From Eledone cirrhosa (lineage: Eukaryota): a DNA stretch of 64,000 nucleotides. Location: positions 111,972,001 to 112,036,000 of the forward strand of contig OZ024745.1 in assembly GCA_964016885.1 (NCBI GenBank), given 5' to 3'. Position 1 is the first letter of the stretch. Every line of letters starts with the position of its first letter. A program made the translations under genes and the position numbers. Under the pieces are notes generated by a model, which worked only from the letters and a program-made list of their open reading frames with translations, was not told where the DNA came from and ran no database searches. Shown in pieces: positions 12,224-25,193 of the stretch.

Positions 12224-12375
12224 CATTTTCATTTCATTTTACGTCCGCTTTTCCCTGCTTGCAAGGGTGGGACGGGAACAGATTCTGGCTTGATTTCTAC
12301 AGCTGGATGCCCTTCTTAACACCAACCTGATTATATATATATGTATATATATATGTATATATATGTATATATATA

Positions 12376-12420
<45 letters not shown>

Positions 12421-12429
12421 TGTTTACAT

Positions 12430-12748
12430 AGAGGCACATGGCTTAGTGGTTAGAGCATTGGTCTAACATCAGACCGGGTGATGTGTTGTTTCCTTGAGCA
12501 AGACACTTTATTTCACATTGCTCCAGTTTACTCAGCTGTAGAAATGAGATGATAGGGACTGGGGTCCCTATCATTCCACTGCAAAGTGGTCGTGGAGGTG
12601 CCACAGCAAAAAAGCACCCAGCACTCACTGTAAATGAGGTTGGTGTTAGGAAGGGCATCCAGCTGTAGAAATCAAGCCAGAATCAGTTCCCGTCCCACCC
12701 TTGCAAGCAGGGAAAAGTGGACGTAAAATGAAATGATGATGATGATGA
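12430..12748 (+). mobile_element. tRNA-derived SINE with CORE/Meta-like middle and RTE-type tail (family S1; head partly deleted)
   Basis: A-box TGGCTTAGTGG; CCTTGAGCAAGACACTT; tail GGAAGGGCATCCAGC...(ATG)n. Confidence 0.85.
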
Positions 12749-14713
12749 TCATCATCATCATCGTTTAACGTCCATCTTCCACGCTTGCATGGGTTTGGAC
12801 GGGAGTTTTCCCACTTGAGGCAAGATTGGTCGTCTTGCTCGTATAGGACTGTCTGGTGGGTTTTCTAAGGCTGGATGCCCTTCCTAACACCAACCACATT
12901 TACAGTGTGGACTGGGAGGTTTTTACCATGTTACCTACACGGCCACATTACAGCGTGGACTGTGTGTTTTTTTTTTCGTGACACCTACACGACCTCATTT
13001 GTTTCGGACTGGATGTTGTGGTACCAACATAACTTTACATCGAAAGGGGTGGTGTGGATGGGGTGGGGGTAGTGGGATGGGGGTGTATTTTTGTTAAGAG
13101 GCGCCTACTGACTGTAGATTTCGCTTTGTACTTAGGCAAGGCGGGTCTTCTGTATTACTGTGTAGCGCCAAAGATCTCGGTCCAGTGACATTGTCTTGGA
13201 GAGGTGTAAGTGTGTGAGGTCGGAATTTATCAAGTCGTCCCAGGTTTTTCTGGGTCTGCCTACTCCGTGGCTACCGTCTATTTTTATCACCCTGCACTTT
13301 TTTATACAGCTGTCGTCTTTCATGCGCATCACGTGACCATACCAACGTAGTCTTCTCTCGAGTAAACAACATCTGATCCCTCTTATTCTTAATTTCTCCC
13401 TTAGTTCATTTATGCTTTGCCGTTCACGTATATTACTATTACACATCCAACGGAGCATGCAAGCTTCATTCCTCTCCAATCTGCGTATATCCTCTGCACA
13501 CAATGCCCAAGTCTCACTGCCATGTAACATTGCTGTTCGTATGCAGGCATCATACAGCCTGCCTTTCATTTTTAGAGAGAACCCTTTAGCGGCCAATAGT
13601 GGTATAAGCTCTTTGAACTTTTTCCATCCCATTCTGACTCTAGCTACTGTACTTTCAGAGCACCCTCCACCACTACTGATTTTGTCACCCAAGTAACGGA
13701 AGGTGTCCACTATTTCTATAGAACCATCTGTGCAATGGAATGAGCTAGTATTCTGTGGGCACTTGCTGCTACTTATTGCACCTGAGAACCGACCACATAT
13801 AAAATCTATATTCTTAGTTAGCTTACCTGTAATCCCACTACATCTTTTATGCACCCATACTTTGCATTAGGTTAATTTTAAGGCCTTTTGATTCTAGGCC
13901 ATGCTTTCATGTTTGGAATTTCTTCTCTAGTTCAGCCATTGATTCAGCTATGAGCGTTAGATCATCTGCGTATAGGAGTTCCCATGGGCAGCCGGTCTTG
14001 AACTCCTCTGTTATAGCCTGAAGGGCAATAATAAATAGTAGGGGGATAAGGACGGAGCCCTGATGAACACCAACTTTTACGCTAAACTCTTCACTATATT
14101 CGTTGTTAATTCTAACCTTGCTGGCTGTTTCTTTATTGCTCTCACAAGCCATTCATCAACACCTAGTTTTCTAACAGCCCACCAGATAATGGAGCGGGGG
14201 ACTCTGTCAAAGGCTTTCTCCAAGTTAACGAATGCTAAGTATAGGGGTTTACTTTTAGCTAGGTACTTCTCCTGAGTTGTTGTACAATGAAAAGAGCGTA
14301 TGTGGTACTTTTACCTGACACAAATCCGAACTGCATTTCATCTAGATCAATTCGCTCTCTGATTAGTTGCGCTATTACTTTTTCTGTGACCTCCATGACC
14401 TGGTCAATTAATTTAATGCCTCTATAGTTTCCCCTATCTAGGGCATCTCCTTTACCCTTGTAGCAGTTAATGATGATGCTGCTATGCCAGTCCTTTGGAA
14501 CGACCCCATTCTGTATGACTTGGTTTACTATCCGGGTGACCATAGTGTGTCCCACCATTCCAGATGCTTTCAGCATTTCAGCAACTATTTCCGAAGGCCC
14601 AGCTGCCTTGCCTGTCTTCATATCTTTGATCGCCTTACTTATTATACTACCTTCAACTTGCACTGCTGGTCCCTCTATTGGATCGATGTGGGGGAGACTG
14701 TCTTTCTCCCATT
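12749..14713 (-). mobile_element. RTE LINE copy B, 5'-truncated, with frameshifts and an internal deletion
   Basis: ORFs 14259-14663, 13907-14152 and 13132-13854 are collinear with copy A; ~115-bp deletion near 13868. Confidence 0.92.
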
Positions 14714-14782
14714 TGTTTGTCCATAAAGTACTTCATACTGTATGTCTTTCTCTCTCGCTATCATACTGTATGTCTCTCTCTC

Positions 14783-14856
<74 letters not shown>

Positions 14857-16159
14857 ACTATCTATCTATATATATATATATATCATCATCATCATTTAAT
14901 ATATGTATTCCCTGCTAGCAAGGGTTGAAATATATATATATATATATATATATATGAAGTACTTTATGTGCCTATATTTATATCTAAAAATGGGGTAATT
15001 ATGTCATGTAAATTTATATTTGAACTTTGTTCAGTTATGAACCCTCTGCCTTCTTTTAATGTTGCAATCTTTTTTGATGCACCTGTTACAATGAATATAT
15101 GATTGATGTATTGGACACAGTCCTACCAAAACTTAAATACAATCTATATGTAACAGTGCTAGAATGCAGCAAATATGGCTCTATCCTTTTTCTAAGTGCA
15201 TCAATTAGGGATTTACCTACCTCAACTGGGGAGAGAGTTATTTTATCTGGGCATTTACCATCACCACAGTGGAGGCCAGTTGGCTCCAGTTATGATGGGA
15301 AGCTGGTTGTGTTGAAACTCCTCCTAATTATCTCATTCAGAGCAGCTTGTCAAGGGAACTAACCTATTCTATGGTGGCAGGATACTGGATCAGACCAGAT
15401 GCATCAGCAATGGCTTCCCAATGGCATTTGTGTGGCTCATGCATGTGCTGGCTGAGACATTGGGCCACTCTGATGCAAGTGTGCTCATCATTGAGAAGGG
15501 CACTCTGAAAGTGATGAAAGGACCACCTGGTATGGAGAGATGTGAGTTTCTTTTATTTGTTTATTTATTGTTCTTTGCAGCTTCAGCAACAGCATCAGCA
15601 GCAGTAGTAGCAGTAGTAGTAGTAGTTGTGGTGGCGGTGTGATGGGTGGATTGGTGTAGTCATGTTAATATTTTCTTTATTTTGGAGAAATATAGCAGTA
15701 GCTTTGAAGTCTGGGAGTGGAAAGTAAAAAGAATGTGAATTAATGGCTGGTGAGAGGGTGAGAGAGAGAGAGAGAGAGAGAGGAATTAATCATCTTTCTT
15801 CTATAATGGCTACTGGTCTATGGTTATAATCTATTGTTGATGGTGGAATGAAGTGTGGTAGTAAGTTTCTTTGTAATAGTCACTGGATGTTAAGTTCTAG
15901 TCTATTGTTCATTTTGGGGTTGTGTTTGGTTATTAGAATAGATTACTTGATTCAGGAATTGCTGGTATTCCTACAGATAGCTTCAATGGTAACTGTTATG
16001 TCTTCCTTTGTATCTTTGGAGTTAGTGTCAGTTATGGTAGTGTTTAGGAATGATTCTGTATGTGTTGGTGGAGTAGATAGTGCAGCTGTTATAGGAGTTT
16101 TCTAATGTAGAAACTGTGTAAGTAGTTTAATGACTGTTTAAAGCTTGGTAGGCAGAAAC

Positions 16160-16455
16160 AAGGCGGCGAATTGCCAGAGTCGTTAGAACGTCGAATAGAA
16201 TGCTTTATGGTATTCGTTCCGGCTCTCTGCTCTCTGAGTTCAAATCCCGCCGACGTCAACTCTACTTTTCATCTTTTGGAGGTCGATAAGAAAAGTACCA
16301 GTCTAGTGCTGGAAACGATTCTTCCTCTCACTGGAAGAAATCTGCTGGACTCAGGCCTGGAGAGGGATGGGCTGCGTCTGGTTTAAAATGCCTAAGAAAT
16401 GCTGTATGTCAATACAGCACCCCTACAACTCTATCAGGAGTTATGGGACCATACC
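16160..16455 (+). mobile_element. tRNA-derived Nin-domain SINE with a distinct 3' tail
   Basis: B-box GAGTTCAAATCCC, Nin-like TTTCATC...GGTCGATAA...AGTACCAG; tail shared with ~34000-34160 and ~59700-59810. Confidence 0.7.
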
Positions 16456-16619
16456 ATACTAAGGCAGAAACATGCTGGAAGGTGAAGGTTTCTGACTCTG
16501 TTTAGTCCGATGTCTACAGGTGTTGATTGTTCCCTAGAAAACAAGACCAATGTTACCACCAGCAATAGCAGGTTGTCAACTTTTGGCCATTTCATTAAAC
16601 ACACAAACAAAGGCCTATA

Positions 16620-17100
16620 CATGCACACAGTTAGTGAATGCCCTAACGAATACTAAATATTTGTAGTTAAAGCCCTCATTAGACAAGCTTTAGTGTGATT
16701 TAAATAAAGAAATCTAATGTATAAAACAAACATTAGTTAACAAAGGTTATCCCGACACATTAGTAAACCATGCCATAAAACACTTTAAGAAGAAATTTTA
16801 ATCACATTGATACAATAGAAACAGCACCAAGAAAAATACACAAGCAAATACATTTTGTATACTACAAGAACCAAAGGTACCCTGATTATATAGAACAGAT
16901 GAACACAGCAGTAACAAACTTGTAAAACAAAACACAACATAGAATGAGTTTAACCACAAGCTTGTAGTTAGAATATACTACAAAGATATATACCCCCCCC
17001 CCCCACTCCTCATTAACGAAACCATAGACTGGTAAACTGCAGAACATACTGTAAACAACTGATGTTGTATATATGTAAATATGGCCATTATTGCTCCAAT
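16620..17100 (+). mobile_element. Highly decayed Penelope-like element relic
   Basis: VVKALIRQA and LVNKGYPDTLVNHAIK resemble the PLE RT C-terminal 'NGYP' region. Confidence 0.35.
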
Positions 17101-18223
17101 CAGTTCACGAAACACTAAGCAAACACTTTAAACCAAATGCTAACATACACTCCTGACTCCTGCTAAACTAACCCGCAACCTACCCTCAAAATTCAGCAAA
17201 CTGAATGTGGACTACCCACCTTCTGAAATTTGGCAAACCAAACAGGATTGCAATAGCCACCAATTAGGGAAGACAGATGTTATCAAGCTGCATCTATCAT
17301 ATTATGTAGTTTCTAAATAATTGTTTCTACTTTAGGCACAAGGCCAGTTATGTAGTTTCTAAATAATAAAGCTAATAAAGCTATTATCTGCAGCGACTAT
17401 GAAAATTGTGAACTTTATAACCAAAATTAATACATTGGTCACACAAGCACTACACCAGACCCACCCCACCTGTTAGTTAATCATGCACTTACAATAAGGA
17501 GCTATTGCAACACATTTCCAAACAGTACATTAAATTCTTTTTAGATAGAACAACATTAGTTGATAACACTACAATTCTATATAGAATTCCATACAAAGTG
17601 AACTACTATGGAGACTCTGCTGATGTTGCAATATAAACCAAATATTATCACACAAATACAGCATAAGGAAAAATCAATTATAATAACTGCCATTCTCTGC
17701 AGTAACACCTTTACCATTTTGTCCACTGGGCGTGGTTGAGGGCACTACTCAGACTGAGGTGTAGTGTCTGTTCCTCTCCCTCCCCCTTTCTTTCATTGCT
17801 TAATTTTTTTTTTCTTCTTTTCATTTCCTTTTTTTTCTGTTTTTTTTTGTTACCTTTAATAATGTGTTTTGTTTTTGTAGAAACAGCTTTGTAAAACTTA
17901 ATAAATTTGTAAAACAAAAATAACTGCTATGCTTCTTCAGTTGTGAAATTTTAAACAAGGCATCTATGGTTTCCTATCACACCTATGATACTCTACGACT
18001 ACTACTAAATATGTGACCAGCATGCCACTAGTACAACCATTCTGATTCTAAAGATGAAGCTATTAAAATACATGTATTTAGGAATGCTACTGTATTTAGG
18101 AATGTATTATGGACCAATACAAAAAAAAAAAAAAAAAAATCCACAATAAAATATATCAGTTGTGTTTTCAATAGAAAGAAAAGCTGCTCGCTACATTTAT
18201 ATACATACATATGTACATACATG

Positions 18224-18828
18224 GTGGCTGCCAACTCGTTTTCGAGTATGGCCACTACTTTATATTCATGTAGGAGAACCCCTACCGATGCGCTGAACGA
18301 GTGTGACTTTTTAGTCCAGCCAGCGACGTGAAAACTATGGTACAAACAATACACTTGTGACAATTATTGGCACATAGTGCTGGGCCCATGGTACCATGTG
18401 ACGACAAGTGCAGAGAGATCTCCAGATATAAAGCAATGCCTGTGCCATGAAGCTTTTATAGTGAGCAAAGGCACTGCACAAAGCCAATCCCACTCTCTTA
18501 ACCAAGATGATATTCACCAAAAAGAAGAACAAGTCAACATCATTGGATACCATCAGGGTTGCAGGTGTTATATCAGAGTTTTCCTTCTCCTAGAATTCTG
18601 CCTTGACAAAGGCCAAGGAGTCATCTCTCCCGGTGATTTTGGATGGCCATTGATTCTTAAGAGCTCCTTTGCCCTTTGACAGGTCTTGTTTTTAGTCCTG
18701 CAGGATGTCGAAAGTCACCCTCCTGACCAAGAAACCTTGGTGGGGTTGCCAGTTTAGTCGCCAACGACCCGACCATGAGACAGGTTGTACTGGGATACAT
18801 GTTACCAGTAGCACCAACTGGTGACCTG
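18224..18828 (-). mobile_element. Bipartite non-autonomous RTE derivative (5' UTR fused to 3' end)
   Basis: RTE 5'-UTR motif CTAGGAGAAGGAAAACTC; C2H2 remnant CIVCTIVFTSLAGLKSHTRSAHR*; 21-bp direct repeat ACATACATATGTACATACATG at 18203-18223 and 18829-18849. Confidence 0.7.
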
Positions 18829-19050
18829 ACATACATATGTACATACATGCATACATATGTATATACATAAGTACATACATACATACACATGGCTAGTGCA
18901 GTTTCCATCTACCAACTTCCATTCACAAGGCATTGGTCAACCTGAGGCTGTAGTAAAAGTCACTGGAGCCAACTGGTTGCGAAGCAGACTCCTTAACCAA
19001 TCAGTCTAACCTGCATCTATCTACTATCTATCTATCTATCTATCTATCTC

Positions 19051-20094
19051 TACGTATTCCTCACCAGACAACCGTTCGTGAGGCGAGCCTTCCCACGACT
19101 CGTCTCGCTGACCGAGCTGTAGTCTTGGGTCAAGCAAAGACCGAGGAAAATGGGCGACTGGCACATGGAATGTGCTCAGGCGCTCACAGCTCTCTGGCAG
19201 GCAGACCCGGCAATCAGTGGAGACTCCACTTCGTCATTCTATAGAGGGTTGATCCGCAGCAAGTGCGACGACGTGCTCGGTGAAACTCTAGGCGTAGAGG
19301 AAGATGAACTGGCCAGTCTGTTTGGTAGGACCTTCCGCCCGGGACCGATGGACAACTTCCAAAAGTCCCTGGCCTGGCAGTGCTACCGAGGAGCTCTACC
19401 AGTTCGAGACAAGCTCTACAGACATGGGCGTCCGGGCAGGGACCCTGCAAAAAAGATCTGTCTGAGGTGCGTGCATGACAAAGAAACCATCGCGCATGCA
19501 TTCATACACTGCCCGGGCATCACTGACCTGTGGGGCTATGTAGAATGACTATTGTCGTGGGTGGGACCAATCCGGTTGACCACCGAGTCCATTGTCATGA
19601 TCAAACCGCCACCCTCCTTCAAAAACGAAGGAGAGGCGGATTTCCTTTGTGTGATAGCTATGGCGAAAGAGGTTGTATGGTGGACAAGGTTGAAAGGCTG
19701 AGGTCAAACACCTTTCTCTCCGGCCAACAACTGATTCTTTTTTTCAAATACCACTTTGGAAGAAGAATCAGGATGGAGAGAGAGTTTTATGAAAGGTGGG
19801 TGAAAGTGGTGAGAATGGCCCGAGTGAATGGGCCTTCTCTCTATATCAGCCTGTAAGTTGAGGAAAAGGAGGAGGAGAGGAAAGGAGTACAAACTCTTCG
19901 TACTCCTGGAGATGAGGGTTTCACATTTTTTCGGGGGTATGTGTTACCCATATAAACTGTCTCCCCCTATTGGGGAAAATCGACTAACTTTTTTAATTGC
20001 ATTTGTGATAACATTTTACACGTTTTTATTGTATGTAAACTTCCTCCTTTGTATTTGTCCCCTTCTTTTGTGCCCCTGTGGCTAATAAAGAAAC
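19051..20094 (+). mobile_element. 5'-truncated L1/Tx1-clade LINE, 3' end
   Basis: zf-RVT-like WQCYRGALPV...CLRC...ETIAHAFIHC...LW; T-rich 3' UTR; AATAAA at 20084; flanked by (TATC)n. Confidence 0.8.
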
Positions 20095-20846
20095 ATATCT
20101 ATCTATCTATCTATCTATCTCTCTATCTCTATATATATATATATACTGTATATATATATATCATCACCATCTCTCTCTCTCTATCTATATATATATCAAC
20201 ATTTTTTCGGGGGTATGTGTTACCCATATGAACTGTCTCCCCCTATTGGGGAAAATCGATTAATTTTTAAATTACATTTGTGATAGTATTTTACACGTTT
20301 TTATTGTATGTAAACTTCCCCCTTTGTATTTGTCCCCTTCTTTCGTGCCCCTGTGGCTAATAAAGAAACATATATATATATCATCATCATCTCTCTTTCC
20401 CTCTCTCTAAATATATATGCATATATAAAATCAATAAAATTGCAATGTCTGACATTTTACCCAATTAATTACTGTTTCAAAATAATTATGGATTAAATTA
20501 AAAATAGAAAAATGTATTTTTTAGTTTTGTCTTACTAACTGTATACACCCACACTTCGTTATCTCACATTTGCTCCAATTAGCAAGACATAAAAATGCTT
20601 TCCACCAACTCTTTTATCAAATCAAGTTAAATATAATTGCACAGGTTGAGGGGGAAAAAATATGAAACGATCTTTAGAAAGCATTATTTATTTCGCTTAA
20701 ATATAATTTACATAGAATAGATGCTAAGCTGAAATTTAACTAAAGAGTACATAAAAAAAAAAAAGCAAAAATATATTTGTCAATGTAAAAAATTAGCAAA
20801 ATATAAAAAAATTTCCGTACTTTTAAAAATTTGCTTTGAACTTTAA

Positions 20847-21032
20847 CTCTTTAGCATTTACATTACTCTATATTTACTATTATATTTTCACGGTGAAGGT
20901 TTTTACCTCACATAATATCAAATCAATGAGATCTTGATATTATTTATTTTGAGAACAATATGTTAACATCAGTTTGAACAGAAAGAGGTGAGAAAATTCT
21001 GGCTGGATATGGCCAGTTTAAATGCTAAAGGG
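20847..21032. mobile_element. piggyBac-like MITE, family A
   Basis: TTAA-CTCTTTAGCATTTA ... TAAATGCTAAAGGG-TTTA. Confidence 0.75.
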
Positions 21033-21189
21033 TTTAAAGATATGGACAATGAATGATAAACTATACTGTAAACTTTCCAAACATTGCTTAATTGATATTG
21101 CCAAAAAAACTGAGGTGAGCATTTCATTAACCCTCTCATGATCATACTTCTAATGCAATAAACTGTTTATATTTCAACTAGTTCTAAAA

Positions 21190-22162
21190 ACTCAACAACA
21201 ACAACTGTTGAGTCAGTGTTGTTGTATGGATCAGGTACAGGGACCCTGACACAAGCACTTGTAAAGAAACTAGATGGTGCATACACTAACATGTTTAGGG
21301 TTGTACAAAACATAAATGGGAGTCAAGGTGTTACAAATAAAAGTTTATACGGAAACTGGTCCAAGATAACAACTACAATTACTGAAAGACAGTTATGATT
21401 TACAGGACGACAGCTGTATAAAAAAGTGCAAGGCAATAAAAATAGACGGTAGCCACGGAGTAGGCAGACCCAGAAAAACCTGGGACGACTTGATAAATTC
21501 CGACCTCACACACTTACACCTCTCCAAGACAATGTCACTGGACCGAGATCTTTGGCACTACACAGTCATACAGAAGACCCGCCTTGCCTAAGTACAAAGC
21601 GAAACCTACATTCAGTAGGCACCTCTAACAAAATACACCCCATCCCACTACCCCCACCCCATCCACACCACCCCCTTAAATGTGAAGTTATGTTGGTACC
21701 ACAACATCCAGTCCGAAACAAATGAGGTCGTGTAGGTGTCACGACAAAAAAACACACAGTCCACACTGTAATGTGGCTGTGTAGGTAACACGGTAAAAAC
21801 CTCCCAGTCCACACTGTAAACGTGGTTGGTGTTAGGAAGGGCATCCAGCCGTAGAAAACCCGCCAGACAGTCCTATGCGAGCAAGACAACCACTCTTGCC
21901 TCAAGGGGGAAAACTCCCGTCCAAACCCATGAAAGCGTGGAAGATGGACGTTAAACGATGATGATGATGATGATGATGAGGACATTGTTGGAGAAGTAAG
22001 TAGGAAGTTATACACAAGTTACAATTGTGGGAACCAAATCATGGGAGATGCAGTAGAGAAAGACCTGCTTGAACCTTTATTTATCAACTTTCAGATGGTA
22101 CAAACCTCAGTAGGGAGTGGTTACCAGGAGCAATAGAAAATTGTGAATTGTGGAGAGACTTT
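21190..22162 (+). mobile_element. Old RTE-family LINE 3' relic interrupted by a younger RTE
   Basis: VESVLLYGSGTGTLT...LDGAYT...ERQL*FTG continues after 21983 as HCWRSK...WEPNHG. Confidence 0.7.
21409..21978 (+). mobile_element. Young RTE LINE 3' fragment (last codons, 3' UTR and (GAT)n tail)
   Basis: Near-identical to the 3' end of copy B; AGGAC direct repeat at 21404-21408 and 21979-21983. Confidence 0.9.
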
Positions 22163-22259
22163 AAAATAAAATACCAGTCCTGAGATGACATAACTGGTTG
22201 TTCCATTACACACAATGTGAGGTCTTGCACCTGTGTAATAAATCAATATCATTATTATT

Positions 22260-22460
22260 GGGCAGAGTCGGTAGAGCGTTGGACAATATGCTTTACAGCA
22301 TAGAGTTGCGCCCCATTACGTTCTGAGTTCAATTCCCACCAAGGTTAGCTTTGCCTTTTATCATTACGAGGTCGATAAAATAAAGTACAAGTGACACACT
22401 GGGCTTAATTTAATCAACTTTCCCTTCCTGTTGGCCCTGTGCCTAAATCAGAAATCATTA
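22260..22460 (+). mobile_element. Nin-domain tRNA SINE (family S2). Other copies: ~23445-23585(+), 23915-24135(-), 24195-24398(-), 25700-25885(+), 35960-36090(-), 38160-38375(+), 38850-39058(+), 40385-40510(+), 49980-50200(+)
   Basis: GGCAGAGTCGGTAGAGC A-box; GTTCTGAGTTCAA B-box; CTTTGCCTTT..ATC...GGTCGATAAAATAAAGTAC; tail GGCC(T/C)TGTGCCTAA followed by (ATT)n. Confidence 0.8.
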
Positions 22461-24397
22461 TTATTAGGTAGCCCCTACTGGCTTTGATGAAGCTAATCAT
22501 AGATACAAAGATAGTTGATGAAATTTATAATAGTAATTTAAAACATAAATCACATATATCGTTTAGGTTCAGTGACTATATATCACAGATGTTTATTTCT
22601 ATTTTATCAATGAATTACATTATAGATTTATTACAGATATTGAGAAAGTGGTAAAAATGGTAGACAATTTTTTATCTTTTAAGTATTCTAGACAACTTGA
22701 TTCAGATATTTAAAATTATATTGCAATGTAAAAGAAAAAAAAAAATTTCTGGAATGTAATTTATCTTTTAATATAAACAGCTATTTTCCTCTAAATATAC
22801 TAGTTTATATCAATTACCAAGAGAGAGTTTCTTATTTGCAGAATGCAGTAAATGAGAAACATATAAGACAGCTATTAGCATGATGATGATGATGATGATC
22901 ATCATCAACATTATCAGTATTTTATATCATTTATATTTTTATAGGTTAGGGTGTTGTTGCTGTTGGTCAACATTGATGAAGCAAACCTATAATTAAAGGT
23001 GTTCGAGTCATGGCCATCCTGGCTTTTTAGGGATATCTAGGACTACATTATTTAATATGTCCTCATTTTTAAGATGGTGAGATGTGATTTGAAGAATATT
23101 TAGCTGTTATTTCTAGCAGTCTGACCATCCACATAGAGTGCCCTTCATTGTCTTGTGTTGTCTCAGTACTGTAGGGCCTAACTTGTCAATGATCCTTGTT
23201 TAAATATTTCCCCCCAGCAAACTTCTAAAGCCATCAAGCAGTATTTTTTAAAATCATATCCAATAACTGTGGAATAGCAGAAACAGTATTTTCTTGCAGT
23301 ATTTTCTTTTCTTTCTTTTCACTCAAACTTCGCTAGGATTAATTTTTTCTACCATCTTTCCAGATATTGTATTGTTCGGGTATATGGGATTACTGGTTGT
23401 GAGATCAGAAAAAAAAAACAGATTCAAAATATGAATTAGCAGAGTCATTAGAATATTTAGATAGAATGTCTTGTGGTATTAATTCTGCTATTTTGCAACT
23501 CTGAGTTCAAACCCCACAAAAGTCAACTTTGCCTTTCATTCTTTTGGGATTGAAAAATAAGGAACCAGCCAGGTACTAGGTTTGATTCTTCTCTTTCTTT
23601 CTTTCTTTCTATCTTTCTCTATTTGGTAAAACAAGATTGTCACTTCACCTGGGGATAGAAGAGCTTCATCAGATTAAAAATATCTAAGATAAGCTGTTTC
23701 TCTCAATGGCATCTCTACCACACCATCTGAAGGTTGGGGACCCAAAGGAAGGGAAGTGTTAGCAAAAATCTCGAAATATTTTTGACAGGAGTTGTCATGA
23801 GAATACTTGTGCCTTTGAAAAACAACACAAAGAATGTGTAAGATTGCATTTAAAAAGTGGAAAAATTTGACATAGACATTAAATAATAATAACAATAACA
23901 ACAACAATAATAATAATGGTTTCTGATTTAGGAGCAAGGCCAACAATTTTAGGGGGATGGGGGAATTCAATTAAATCGACTGCAGTATGTTACTGGTACT
24001 TTATTTTATCAACCCTATAAGGATGAAAGGCTCAGCTAATCTTGTCAGGATTTGAACTCAGAATTCAAAGAACCATAACTATATGCCCCAGAGCATGTTG
24101 TCCAATTCTCTACTGAAACTGCCAATCCACTGCCCTAATTCTACTGCTGCTGCTACTACTGCTGCTGCTACTGCTACTACTACTATAGTAATAATGGTTT
24201 ATGATTTAGGCTCAAGGCCAGCAATTTTAGGGAGGGGAAGTCAATTAAATTGACCCCAGTGGGTGACTGGTGCTTTGTTTTATTGACCCCATAAGGATGA
24301 AAGGCAAAGCTAACCTTGGCAGGATTTGAACTCAGAACTTAAAGGGATGTAACTATATGCTGCAAAGCAGATTGTTCGATGCTCTACCGATACTGCC

Positions 24398-24713
24398 ATC
24401 ATCATCATTTTACGTCCCGCTTTTCCCTGCTTGCAAAGGTGGGACGGGAACTGATTCTGGCTTGATTTCTACAGCTGGATGCCCTTCCTAACACCAACCT
24501 CATTTACAGTGAGTGCTGGGTGCTTTTTTGCCGTGGCACCTCCACGACCACTTTGCAGTCCCTATCATCTCATTTCTACAGCTGAGTAAACTGGAGCAAT
24601 GTGAAATAAAGTGTCTTGCTCAAGGAAACAACACATCACCCGGTTTGAGAATTGAACTCACGACCTTTCGATTGCAAGGCCAATGCTCTAACCACTAAGC
24701 CATGTGCCTCCAT
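24398..24713 (-). mobile_element. SINE family S1
   Basis: Reverse complement of 29308-29645 with high similarity. Confidence 0.85.
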
Positions 24714-24734
24714 GTGCCAATCCAATAATAATAC

Positions 24735-25060
24735 TAAGTGCTGGACTAAAAACTGAAACTGTAGGATTTTTAATTACTGCACACAATCAAAGTCTCCTCA
24801 TTATAAACAACCAGAAGTACATAAAGAAGCAGAACACGGTAATTAAATGCAGAATATATAATGATGGGAAGAAACAATTAACCACATTCTCTTTGCCTGC
24901 TCAGACATGACAAAATACCGACAGAGAAAAAAAGGTGGTACAGACACACACCTGAAAAAGTGTCAGAGAATGACAAAGCAACCATACTCTGGTGTCTGCC
25001 AATACACACATAACAACAGCAAAAACAATATTGCACATATTCAAGGTGCACAGAGTTGTG
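24735..25060 (+). mobile_element. Decayed R4/Dong-like RLE retrotransposon relic
   Basis: GLKTETVGFLITAHNQSL...IKCRI resembles 'LKAETEGFIIAAQDQSL...KCRLC'. Confidence 0.55.
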
Positions 25061-25141
25061 CTTTGGTAATTCAGTGACAGCATAATGAAAATAAGGCTAC
25101 TACTACTACTATTGCTGCTACTGCTGCTACTGCTGCCACTG

Positions 25142-25193
<52 letters not shown>

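Noticed and set aside
12011-12439. ORFs rich in YI, HT, CV or poly-L (also at 2906, 25085, 37090, 40107, 41229, 47233, 53845, 56580)
   Set aside because: These are translations of (TA)n, (CA)n, (TACA)n, (CTA)n and (CCA)n microsatellites.
23640-23675. Hammerhead motifs at ~23665(-), ~22485(+) and in the 31-kb foldback arm (31274)
   Set aside because: CTGATGA-like boxes are present, but there is no properly placed stem II plus GAAA.
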